From: the human T2T-CHM13v2.0 reference genome, Homo sapiens | NCBI RefSeq assembly: GCF_009914755.1 | Contig: NC_060938.1 | DNA: 64,000 nt | Strand: one strand, 5' to 3' | Shown here: positions 43,601 through 55,313 of the stretch, piece after piece | Position numbering within the stretch: position 1 is the stretch's first letter | Layout: each line of letters starts with the position of its first letter | The notes under the pieces: generated by a model | Database searches by the model: none | Seen by the model: the letters and a program-made list of their open reading frames with translations, nothing else | What the model was told of the DNA's origin: nothing | Program-made: the position numbers and the translations under genes

Positions 43601-43705
43601 TCCTTTTTAGGGACATGGATGAAGATGGAAACCATCATTCTCAGCAAACTAACACAGGAACAGAAAACTAAACACCACATGTTCTCACGCATAAATGGGA
43701 GTTGA
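40618..43705 (+). pseudogene. L1 ORF2p remnant lacking the endonuclease domain
   Basis: Begins near [10 protein letters not shown] and contains LLADDMI and the C-terminal ...KHHMFSRINGS*. Many frameshifts. Confidence 0.9.
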
Positions 43706-45041
43706 ATAATGAGAACATATAGCCACAGGAGGGGAACATCACACACCGGGGCCTGTCGGGGAGTGGGGAGCAAGGGGAGGGATAGCATTAGGAGAAACAC
43801 CTAATGTAGATGATGGGATGATGGGTGCAGCAAACCACCATGGCATACATAAACAAACCTGCACATTCTATACATGTATCCCAGAACTTAAAGTATAATA
43901 ATAATAATTATTTTTAAAAAAGAAGTTAAAAAATGTCTAGAAATATATCCACACATTTATAGATCAACAAAGGTGCCAACAATACACAATAGTGAAAAGA
44001 CAGTCTCCTCAGTAAATTGTGTCGGAAAAACTAGATGTCCACAGGCAGAAGAATAAAATTGGATTCTTATTTCACATTATGTACAACATACACTCAAAAT
44101 GAATTAAAGACTTAAAACACAAGATCTAAAATTGTAGAACTACTATAAGAAAACATAGTTGATAAAGCTTCTTGACATTGGACTTGGGACTAATTGATTT
44201 TTTGATATGACCCCAAAAGCACAGGCAATTTTTTAAAAAAAACAAATACAGACTAATAAAATTACATCTTTTATTTTTATTCTAAAAATCTTTTGCACAG
44301 CAAAGGAAACAATCCACAGAATGAAGAGACAACCTGCCAAGTAAGAGGAAATACTTTCAAATTATACAGATGATAAGGGGTTAATATCCTAAACATATAT
44401 AAATGACACACATAACGTAATAACAACAAAGCAACCCAATTAAAATTGGGCAAATAATCTGAATAGACATTTTTCAAAAAACTACAAATGGACAACACGT
44501 ATATGAAAAAAATGCCCAACATCAGTAATCATCAGTGAAATTCAGATTAAGTCACGGTGAGATATCACCTCACACCTGTTAGAAAGACAAAAGATGACAA
44601 GTATTGGCAAGGATGTGAAGAAAAGTGAACCCTAATCCACTGTTTGTGGGAAAGTAAATTGGAATAGCCAATGTGAAATACAGCATGGAGGTTCCTCAAA
44701 AAATTCAAGTAGAACTACTATTTGTTCCAGCAATTCCACCTCTGGGTATATATCTGACGGAAATAAAATCACTACATGTAGTAATAATGTATTGTATACT
44801 TGAAAATTGCTAAGAAACTAGATCTTAAATATTCTCACCACAAAAAACATGATAACTATGTGAGACAATGAATATGTTAACAAGCTTGACTTTATCATTT
44901 CACAATATATGTGCTCTTTTGGTTACCCTGTCTATAAAATATCTTTTTTTATCCCCTTTTCTTTCAGCCTACGTGTGTCCTTAAGGCTTAAGTGAATCGT
45001 GTGGACAACATATTGTTGGATCTTCTTTTTATTATTATTAT

Positions 45042-45449
45042 TCACTTAGTCCATTTTGTGTTGCTATAAAGGAATATCTGAGGCTGGGTAATTTATAAAA
45101 AAAAAAAAGGTTTATTTGGCTCACAATACTGGATGTCTACAAAATGCAAGATGAGGCATCTGTATCTAGTGAAGGCCTCAGGCTGCTTCCACTCATGGTA
45201 AGAGGTGAAGGGGAACTGGCATATGCAGAGATCACACAGAGAGGGGTGAAGTGTCAGGTTCTTTTTAACAACCAGCTCTCTTGGGAACTAATACAGTGAG
45301 AACTAACTCACTCCCAAGGGAAGACATTGATATACCAATGAGAGATCTGCTGCCATGACCCAAACACCTCCCATTAGGCCTTGCCTCCCAACAACTGGGA
45401 TTAAATTTCAACATGAGGTTTGGTAGTGACAAACATCCACATCATAGCA
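45042..45449 (-). mobile_element. MSTB-like MaLR solo LTR
   Basis: CTTAGTCCATTTTGTGTTGCTATAAAGGAATATCTGAGGCTGGGTAATTTATAAA...ACAAACATCCACATCATAGCA. Confidence 0.88.
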
Positions 45450-45471
45450 TCCATTTTGCCACATTTGTGTC

Positions 45472-46090
45472 TTCTTTGTTTTAATTGACAGATTAAAAAA
45501 TAAAGCTAGTTAACATATTTATCACCTCTCATACTTATCACTTTTGCAGTGAGAACATTTATTCTCTTAGCAATCCTCAAGTATACAAAACATTTATTAA
45601 CTGTAGTCATCATGATGTACAATAGATCTCCAGAAACTATTCCTTCTAACTGAAACTTTGTAAACTTTGATATACATCCCCTCAATGCCTGGTAACCACC
45701 ACTCTGCTTTAGACTAACAAAAGCTGAGGGAATTTCATCATCAACTTTAACATTTTAAGTTTCTACATGTAAGTGACATCGTGTATTATTTGTCTTTCTA
45801 TGCCTGGCTTATTTCACTTAACATAATGTCCTCCAGGTTCATCTATGTTGTCACAAATGCAGTATTTTATTCTTTTTTAAGGCTTAATGGTATTCCACTG
45901 TGTATATATACCACATTTTTGTTATACAGTCATCTGTTGATGGCCATAAGTTGATTCCATATTTGGCTATTGTTAGTAATGTTATAATATAATGACCATG
46001 AAAGTTCAGATATCTTTTCAATATACTGGCTTCATTTTCTTTGGATCTATACCCAGTAGTAGAATTGCCTGATTATATGATAGTTCTATT
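45472..46090 (-). mobile_element. L1MA 3' fragment
   Basis: AGCTAGTTAACATATTTATCACCTC...GTACAATAGATCTCCAGAA...GCCTGGCTTATTTCACTTAACATAATGTCCTCCAGG. Confidence 0.85.
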
Positions 46091-47303
46091 AACTCTGTTC
46101 TTTCAATTGGAAAAATAATCCATCTGCATTTAAAGTAACTATTGATAGGGAAGGACTTATTATTGCCGTTTGTTTTTTCTGACTGTTTTATAGTTCCTTT
46201 GTACCTTTTTTCTCTCTTGCTGTCTTCCTTTGTGATTTGTTGCTTGTTTATTTGTTTTTAGTGGTATGCTTTTATTCCTTCTCTTTATCTTTTGTGCATT
46301 TACTAGAGGTTTTTTTCTTTGGGTGGTTACTAGAGGTTATCATGAGCCTTACATAAAATATCTGTAGTTATAGCATTCTATTTTAAGCTGAAAACACTTC
46401 AAACACATACAAAAACCCTATACTTTCATTGTTCCCCTCCCCTGACACATTTTATGCTATTGATGTCACACTTTACATCTTTTTATATTGTGTATTCACT
46501 AACAAATTCTTGTAGCTATAGTTATTGTAATACTTTTGTCTTTTAGCTTTTACACTAGAGTTAAAAGTGATTTGTACATCCCTATTGTAGTTTTAGAGTA
46601 TCTGAATTTGACTATATATTCTAAGACTCACCTTTACCAGTGAGTCTTAGACTTTCATATGTTTTCATGTCATGACTTAGCATCCTTTTGTTTCAACTCA
46701 AAGAACTCCCTTAGCATTTCTCGTAAAGTAGGTGATGATGAAATTCCCTCAGCTTTTGTTAGTCTAGAAATGTCTTTATCTCTCTTTCATTTGTGAAGGA
46801 CAGCTTTGCTGGGCACAGTATTATTGTTTGGTAGGTTTTCTTCTTTTAGCACTTCATCCTCGTTTGCAAGGTTTCTGCTGAAAAGTCTACTGAGACTTTT
46901 GAGAGTTCCCTAGTATCTCTTTTCTCTTGTTGCTTTCAAGATTCTCTGTCTGATTTTCACAGTTTGATTATAATATGTCTTAGAGTATTTTAAGGTTTTT
47001 AGGATTTTTTTGAACACGTGAATCTGGAAGTCCATATCCCTTCCAATATTTGGAACGTTTACAGCCAGTATTTTTTAAAATAAGACATCTATCTCTCTCT
47101 GTTCCTTCTGAAAATCCCGTAATTCATATGCTCATTTGCTTGATGGTGCTTTCTTTACTCTTTTGCGTTCTTCACTCTTTTAGATTCTTTTTTCTTTTTG
47201 TTTCTCTAATTGACTAATATAAAATGAACTGTCTTTGAGTTAGCCAACTCTTTCAATTCTTTTCTTGAAGCTTTCTACTGAATTTTTCAGTTCTGTCATT
47301 ATT

Positions 47304-47693
47304 CAGATGGTCCTCAACTTATGACAGTTTGACTTACGATTTTTTTTTTTTTTTTTTACTTTATGATGGTGCAAAAGTGATAGGCATTCAGTAGAAAGTG
47401 GTACAATACCCTCTCACAATGCTGGGCAGTAGCAGCAAGCCATAGCTCCCATTTAGCCACATGATCATGAGGGGAAACAACCAATACCCCTACAGTGCAC
47501 TGTGTTGCCAAATGATTTTTCCCAACCATAGACTAATGCCCTTTAGGGCAACTGTAGGCACAGTTAAGATAGGTTAGGCTAATTTATGACATTTCATAGA
47601 TTAGGTGTATTGGATGCATTTTTGACTTATTGTATTTTCAATTTACAATGGGTTTATCATGACATAACCCCATTGTATATCAGGAAGCATCTG
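47304..47693 (-). mobile_element. MER47-like TcMar-Tigger MITE
   Basis: Terminal inverted repeats CAGATGGTCCTCAACTTA... and ...GGAAGCATCTG, followed by TA. Confidence 0.8.
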
Positions 47694-49292
47694 TATTCTT
47701 CAGCTCCAGTACTTCCACTTGGCTCTTTTTTATTATTTTGATTTCTATTAAATTTTTCATTTTGTTCATGCACTGTTTCCTTGATTTTTTTAGTTTTATA
47801 TCTTTGTTCTCTTGCATCCCATAGAATTTCTTTGAGATTATTTTGAATTCTTTTTCAGGCAATTCATAGATCTCTATTTCTGGGGTCAGTTGCTAAAGCT
47901 TTACTATTTTCCTTTAGTGGTTCACATTTGCCTGTTTCTTCATTATTTGTGTAGCCTTGCATTAGTGTCTGTGCATTTAAAGGAGCAAATACCTATTCCT
48001 GTCTTTATACACGGTTTCAGCAGCTGAAGATCTTCTCCTGTTGGGTCGCTGGGCTGATAGGATTGCCAGAATCATGGTAAATAAGGGTTGGAGCTGGGTC
48101 ACGTGACTGCTGCTGGGTTCACAGTTACCAGGGGCTCAAGCAGGCATGGATCCTATGCAGTCGCTGGGTAGACTGAATTGCCTTCAGGACCTTGGTCAGT
48201 AGGGCTGGTGCAAAGATGTAGGTCTGCTTCAGGGTTTGCAAATGGCAGGCCTGTTACAAGGTATGCAGATGGGTGTGGCTTCCTCCAGGTATGCCTGGGA
48301 GAACTTCCATTGAGTGACTGGGTGAGTCCTTTGGGAGGTGGTGCTAGTCCCATACCATGGCTGACAGGGGCTGGAACTCAGTAACAGGGATGGTTCAGCA
48401 TCCACAGCTAAGACCAATGTCTCCAGGCCCGCCTCTGGGGACATGGACTTGTGTGACTCCCTCCAAGTCTAGGGTAGGCAGAACTGCTCTCAGGCTGCAG
48501 CTGAGAGGTGCTGGGGTTGAGTTGCAAGGCCATGTCAGGATCTGCAGTGAGATCCAGGTCAAATGGCCCTGCCTACAAGGCATAGATAGGTATGTCTCCC
48601 ACCAGGTCCCTGAGTGGGCAGAACTGCTTTCAGACCCAGCTAAGAGGGGTTAGAGCCAAATTACAGGACAATTTCAGGGTCTACGGCTGAGACTAAGGTT
48701 GATAGGCCTGTCACCTAAGTCATGAAAATGGTCATGACACCTCCCAGATATCTTGGCAGATGGCTCTGGAGGCAGGACCAAGGCTAAATGGAGCTGTATC
48801 TGAGTCTGCAGTGGGATGGGTATATTTTTGGGTATGGGTTCTAGATCCAGATCTGGACTCAGGTCTGTCCTCTCAAAATGGCTCTCCTAGATGTTGGGCT
48901 CCACCAGGATTTCACAACCTCCTACCTAAATCCCAAAGCTCACCCAAAGGCACTTTTATCCATAGATAGCTGTTTAATTGTTGATGCTGAGGGAATATGA
49001 TCAGAAGACCACCTACTCTACCCTATTGTTGACCATCACTCCCTCTGATGTTGTTTTGGTAACAATCAGCACTGCAGGCACAGAGCCACCCACTGCCCAC
49101 CACTTACCATCTAATGGGCCACCTAAAGAATCACAGTCAGCAAACAAACTGTGTCACTAACTCTCTGGGGCCTCGTTTGTGATTCTTTAGAAACCCAGAC
49201 TACCTTCACACCACAGTGCCATGTATTCTTCACTGACAGACTTGGAATTATCACTAACCACTCAGATATTTTTTAGCTCTCACTCATCCCCC

Positions 49293-49294
<2 letters not shown>

Positions 49295-49374
<80 letters not shown>
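49295..49374. repeat. Compound microsatellite (CA)18(GA)22
   Basis: Counted directly from the sequence. Confidence 0.97.
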
Positions 49375-49379
<5 letters not shown>

Positions 49380-49697
49380 TCAGAGACAGAGAAAGTTAAT
49401 AAGGCTCTGCCACCTACTAGGCATTAACCAATACCTTATCTCTCATTTCCATGGTTTCATTTTATTCCCTTTAAGGATCTTTTCCCCATAAGCTTCCTAA
49501 GTTCATGCCCTGCTTCTTCATATTTCTCCCTTGTTGACTTCAAAACAAAAGCCACCAACTTCCTGCTGGGAAAGGGAGGTGGAGAGGAGCAGGAATAGGA
49601 TTAAGGGAAGGCTGTTCTTCACCACTCCCGAGAGCATGAAAGCACCCTGACCTTGCCCATTCACTTTCTAGGCAGGACTCAGTGGCTTTATCTGTAC

Positions 49698-49760
49698 ACA
49701 ATGACAGAGGTTAATTAATTAACTGCCTCTGGCCTGGTTGCCCTAGCAACTGGCTTTGAT
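49698..49760. promoter_or_regulatory. Candidate enhancer core with an RFX X-box
   Basis: GTTGCCCTAGCAAC (49737-49750), with adjacent ACAATG, GTTAATTAATTAAC and CTTTGAT. Confidence 0.5.
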
Positions 49761-52700
49761 TCATAACTAAATTCTAGCAAGGGATATTTCTCAGAGATTT
49801 TGTTGACTTACACTAGAAGAGAAATTGGATAAGAATTTAAAACAGAAAATTAACAGGTTGTAAGAGAAGCTTTTTCCATTCATTAAAATCTTTGAATTTC
49901 TATCTTATAAGTGTGGTTATGTCCTTATTACTCAAGGTCACAGTAAAAAAGTTTCTGGTTACATGATGTTTTATCAGACTAAAGAAACAAACATCCACAG
50001 GCATTTAAATCAATCTAAAACAGCTCCCATTCCTACCCTCACCCCAACAGAGCTCTGGAAAACCAATATGAACTAAACCAGGGGATCTGGTGTGGGAATA
50101 ACAATGCATTCATAATTCCCACTGGCCGAGCTCAGCCCTGGCCATCAGCGCATTGATACACATTGCAACCAACCAGCCCCAATTCTCTCCTTTATGGAAA
50201 TCACTCTGTGCCACCGTGGAAACTGTACCTTTTCCAGCCCATTAATTTCTCTGTATTTAAGAGTAACAGCATTTCCATCTCTTAGATTAGATTTTGTTCA
50301 TTAAATCCGCATCTCACTTCCCAACCTGCCAAATTTTCATCAGTAGAGATCTGGGATTCAGACAACACAACCCATTAAGCATAACATCTTGGAATTTACA
50401 ATTTTGTTTTACAAAACCCTCCACAGACAGTCTATCTTACATATATTAGCCTTGTAAAAGATTAAATATAAATGGATGCTTTCTAAAGCATTTTAAAGGT
50501 ATTACTGTTTGCTTAACACTTCAGATACAATTTCCATTTTGAAAAATACTCTTAATCATACATAATATGCAAAGACTGGAAATCTCAAATTCTTGTTTGT
50601 TTGCTTTTAATGATAAGTATTTAATGTAACTATTTGTCAACCTGCTCTTTCAAAAGCTTTTCTTTAAAAGAAAAAACTAGTGAGGGACTGGGGATGAAAC
50701 ACGATGGTTTGGGAGCATGATGTTAGAAGACTTAAAGTAGAAAATTTTGATGATCAAATTGTATTATGCCAGAAAAGAGGAGTTAAGTGGGAAAGCCCGA
50801 ACTCTTGGAGGGAAACAATACAGCCCCCTTCTCAATTTTGTTTGCTTGGGTGTGACCTCCATGATCAAAGGAAGGCAGAGCATAAAGACAACGTTAAACA
50901 GTTCCAGGGAACAGCCTGACAACATTAAGTCTTATTGGTCAGCCCTCAGACTTCTTTCTTCTAAGCAAAGGGACATCACCTACTGAAGTACTGGGCCAGT
51001 GGGACCATGCAGGACTGATCGCGTCTGCCGATGCCAGAAGTAGGAAAGCCCCATCAATGTGAGAGGAGCAGCAAAGGCCTAAGAATAAAAAGTTCTGCCC
51101 CAAGAGCTGAAAAGACAATCCAGAGGTAGGGTGCTGGAGAAAAGTCACATGCCTACATACCTTGATCCAAATAAGGAAGATTTTAATTATGGGAAGAAGC
51201 AGCTTTAGCGGTTTTACAAATAATCTTTCAGTCTCAGGAAACTAAAACAGGGCTGTCCTCTGAGGAAAGCCATATCCTGGTTTAAATATTTGGGACTTAC
51301 ATTCTAATGCAAAAGCTAATCATGTCAAAGATGAAAAAATTCATATACAATTTCTCACGTTTCCTGATCAGGCTGTTCTAGAATATGATTAACACTGTGA
51401 TCACAATAAAAATGTTTTATTTAGTGGATAATTGTATGTACTGGTATCTACCATTTCTAAATGTCTCCTTTTATTACCCTTGTTCAAGAAAGTCCTAATA
51501 TTTAAGTGATTTACTGATCACTTAAAATGCCAGCCTCGCCATTAGAAGGTACATTCACTATACGTTGCTTAATTTTATAGTACATTATTTCTTTATAAAC
51601 AGACACATTACTGTAGAACATTAATTAAACCTTTTCCCCATTATGCACTACATTTTGAAGACAACAGTGTAACCAAGTGTTGCCTTGACAGATATGCCTG
51701 TGACTCCATTTCTTGGCTCACGAAGGAAGCAGATTCCCCAAGAAGTAGTGCTACTGGGACTCCAGGATTAGGCAACAGACAGCTACGATTTGTGAAAGAT
51801 GTACTTAATGAATAATGCATGGCAGATGTGCTTCAACAACCCAATTTGCTGAACTATTTAGCATCAATAACCTAGCTATAATGGAAACAGAAAGCCTTTT
51901 AGAGGTAGATTATGAGAAGAGTTTTAATAAAATGATATCACTCCAATCATGTGCATAACATTTGCATTTAGTAGAAGCTGATGTTTAGATTGGTATAAAA
52001 AGAAAACTTTTGCAGCCACCTTTTTGTAAAGCCCTCACTCAGAAATACATTTACATATGGGTGCTGTGTGAGGAGGATCAGCCATTAGGGAAGGATTGGA
52101 AGAAACACTGAGCAAGTTCTTCTCCCTGAAAATCACACAGACTAAAAAGGCCAAACTCTGATTTCAGAAAATCCTTCTGGTTGAAAAATAATTCTAATGA
52201 GCACAAAACTACAAGCAAATTTCCTATTTGCTTTGAGACTGAATGGCAAGTATTACATAAAAATTCCTATGGCATAACATATTTTCTAACATTAATGGAA
52301 AAGGGCAAGAGTGGTGTCATAAAACTAATCTTCAGTAAATCATTTGCTAAATGCATTTGAATTACCTATTTCATATTTCCCTGCTGACCCCCTGCTCTCC
52401 AAAATCAATATGCAAGAAAAAAGTTGCCCTAAGATGCCCTAGAAACCATTAAAATGCTATGTGTGAGCTATCCAATTAGCAATATTTAAATGAAAATTTA
52501 TAATTTAGTACCTTCCCATTGATAAGAATGAGAAAGTTACACCCATGTCAACTTTTCCAGGGCTAATAACATATGTAAAAAATAAAACTAAATTTGACAA
52601 GAACAGGATTTTACTGTTGCATCAGTAGGGTTTATTGAGTGACCAGAGGTGAGTTCAACATTCAATATTAGTAGTTACATAATGACAGGAGAAATTTCCT

Positions 52701-53329
52701 AGGGCAAAGGACTGGTCTGGATCTTATACTCATAAAGAATGGCCAAAGCCAATCTTCCAAGAGGAACACAATAAAATTCCCCCCAAACCCATCCTTGTAT
52801 CTCTTGAAGCCTTGAAATCTATATCTTTGAAGCCTAAGAGTTCACTGAGCCAGAGACTGGACTTAGGGATCCCAACTTCTTATCATAGTAACTTAACTGC
52901 TTGGTCAGATGGGAGCAATTAAGGCCTTAGAGAAAGTCATTATAAATGCAAGACATAGGCTCCTGCTGAGAAGGGAACTGATAAATATTAAGTAGCTACT
53001 ACATGCTAGGCCTTGTGCTAGGTGATCCATGCACTGTCAACAATGATTTGAAAAGGTGAATATTGAAATTGACAAAATAAAATGAAGGTAAAATAAATTG
53101 AAGAACCAAAGTATGTATTTTTGCAATGCAACTTTGGAGAAAAGAAAGATAAATTGAAACAAAATAATATAGGGAGGGGCCCTACTGGAACTACACTGTC
53201 TATCTTGGAGAAGGTGCTGAGTGAGCAGGTGGACAGATTCCAGTACATCATGGCATGTCCCTTGTTAGACACTTTTATAGCATCTAATACCTTCCTTCCT
53301 GGCACTTATCCAGGTTTATAACCATACAC

Positions 53330-53475
53330 ATTTTTATATGATTATTTGATTCTCTTTTTCACTCAGCTATAAGCTCCATGAGGGCAGGAACTGCATCTGT
53401 GTTCATCTCCTCTGGTTTCCTAACACCAAACACAATTCCTGACACCTAAGAGGTGCTTAGTAATTATTTATTGGT
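53330..53475 (+). mobile_element. LINE-2 3' end
   Basis: CTATAAGCTCCATGAGGGCAGGAACTG...AGGTGCTTAGTAA. Confidence 0.75.
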
Positions 53476-53549
53476 GACAGAAGAAAAGGATAAAGGGAAA
53501 AAGGCAAGAGGCCAGGAGCATGGTGAAACTATGAATGTGCATCCTAAGT

Positions 53550-53955
53550 CTCAGATGGCCTGGGAACTGGGGTGGGGTTAGCCAGCCCAGCAATCCCTGC
53601 CCATTTCCTGCCCTTTCCTGAGGCAGAGAAGGATAAACTGGTTATAAGGAGGGCTGACAACACGTCTGCTCCACTTGCCCTGAAAATCCATTTGCGTGGC
53701 CACCCTTGAGGCTGCTCTGGATAAGCCAGAATCTCCCTAATAGGATTTCTTCTAGCGTTTGTCCTAGTTTTATCTGAGATAAAATCAGAGAGCAGGCAGG
53801 ATCTGAGAAAACATTAATAATTTGCATTGATGTAAAACTCTGACCACGCTTATGTAAGTTTTATCTGCCCAAGCAAGGGAACTACAAACTACTTGGTCAA
53901 GTTAGTGGTGTGGTGCTTTCCCCCAGTCAGCAGTTCCGTGTTAACACAGATGTTT
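53550..53955. promoter_or_regulatory. Candidate GATA/ETS/RUNX/E-box/KLF enhancer
   Basis: Five GATAA cores, two TTCCTG, TGTGGT, two CAGATG and GGGGTGGGG within about 400 bp of sequence where I recognise no repeat. Confidence 0.45.
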
Positions 53956-54989
53956 GTGCATCACCAACTTCACTGTACAATGGTTTCACTACTGCCATAG
54001 AATTTCTTTCTGCCACGTTGCCTTTCCTCTTCTCTTATTTCCTATGGAGTCTGCTGTGAGCTAACTTCCTCTAGCCTCACTTGTAACTCTTCCTGGGCTG
54101 TCCCCTAGTTTATACCACTCCCGCTGTGATGTTAGCACCTGCTGCTGGGAGAGGGGGTGATTTTAAATATGCTGACTGGCATACAAGGCTCAACAAGCCA
54201 CCAAGGCTGCCATATCTGCACCATGTCAATCCTGCTTATGTGCTCAAAGGATTCCTAGAGCAGGCTAGTTACAGTCCAAAAGCTGAAATCCTGTGTTTAC
54301 AACAGACTGAAAGGAATGTCCTAGTCACACTCTGGCATCAGTTTCCCCTGAGCTCTCTCTCTCTCGTCCAGTTTAGAGGGCCAATTGCAAAGCTGCTGCC
54401 AGTGGCTTCCCTGCCAGGGTGGCTAAGCAGCATGACAGTTTAGATACTCCAAAAAGCCCACGCCACTGGCACAAAGACAATCTTTCTGGGAAACAAAGAG
54501 CAAGAGACTGCAAAAATGCTGGCAGCTGACACCCATGGTCCTTCACATATCTACTGATTGCAGAGCAGATGGGGCTTAAAAAGGAAGAATGCATGCTGGA
54601 AAGTCTATCTGCTCCATCTTTTAAAGTAAAAATAAAACCTGTTTGTGTCAAGCAGACACTGAGTACTGACCCCACAGAATTCTAGCATCTAGCTCCCTCA
54701 CTCACCAATACAATTTGCAAGTAGATTACTAGGAATTAAGAGACCAATTTCAAACTGAACTCCCATTCCAGAAGCATTGGTTTGGGTAGACAGAAAAGAG
54801 AACTGCAGATATAACCACAAAAAAGGGTAATGTTTCTCCTTTATCAAAGCCTTGGGTATTTTCATCAAAAAGACCACTGCGTGGGAGAACTCTCAGGTAT
54901 GATTCAGGTGGAGACCCTCCTCAGCACTGGAGGCAGAGCTGCCTGGAGAACATATGGACTGTAAATATGCCCTGGTACATCTGATGTGT

Positions 54990-55160
54990 GGCCTTGTGTT
55001 TGCTCCATGTAGTTCCAAGAGGTAGGACTAGTGCCAAAGGGCAGAAACTACAAAAGAACAGATTTGGGTTTAATATAAGCAGGAACTAAAGAGCATCCTA
55101 GACACAGTGTTGTCACCTGCTAGTGGCAATGAGTTCTCTGCCAGTGGATGCCCAGTCCCT
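54990..55160 (+). mobile_element. L3/CR1 LINE fragment, possibly continuing near 55650-55740
   Basis: GGACTAGTGCCAAAGGGCAGAAACTACA...CAGATTTGGGTTTAATATAAGCAGGAACT resembles the CR1/L3 3' region. Confidence 0.55.
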
Positions 55161-55190
55161 TCTCGCAGATAAGTGAGGAATCGCGACTCT

Positions 55191-55313
55191 TGCAATGGAC
55201 TAAATGTTTGTGTCCCCAAAAAATTCCCAGCCTCCAGAACTGTGAGAAATAAATGGCTGCTGTTTAAGCCACCTCGTCTATGGTATTTTGTTATAGCAGC
55301 CTGAACCAAGACA
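55191..55313 (+). mobile_element. Internally deleted MaLR LTR (MSTD/MLT1A-like), 123 bp
   Basis: 5' TGCAATGGACTAAATGTTTGTGTCCCC is joined to 3' CCAGCCTCCAGAACTGTGAGAAATAAA...CAAGACA. Flanks ACTCT and GCTCT. Confidence 0.85.

Larger units (their letters stand above)
38255..43930 (+). mobile_element. L1PA7/L1PA8-like element with both ends present and the endonuclease region deleted
   Basis: 5' GGCAAGATGGCAGAATAG...CTGCAGCTCCCAGC and 3' CCCAGAACTTAAAGTATAATAA. TSD core GTCTAGAAATA at 38241-38251 and 43935-43945. Confidence 0.93.
33651..44910 (+). mobile_element. Near full-length old L1 (L1MA type) with deletions; hosts a captured segment and an L1PA7/8
   Basis: 5' GCAAGATG start, ORF1-like 34230-35700, ORF2 36135-38254 resuming at 43946, and an L1MA 3'UTR at 44775-44910 with no poly(A). 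Confidence 0.8.
44911..49045 (-). mobile_element. Old L1M 5' half (5'UTR, ORF1, start of ORF2) with nested insertions
   Basis: ORF1-like MPEKEFKIISKKF frame (47680-47862), a GC-richer 5'UTR at 48000-49045, and an antisense ORF2 N-terminus near 44920-45020. Confidence 0.75.

Noticed and set aside
55110-55128. CTCF-like GTCACCTGCTAGTGG
   Set aside because: Mismatches at core positions in either register.
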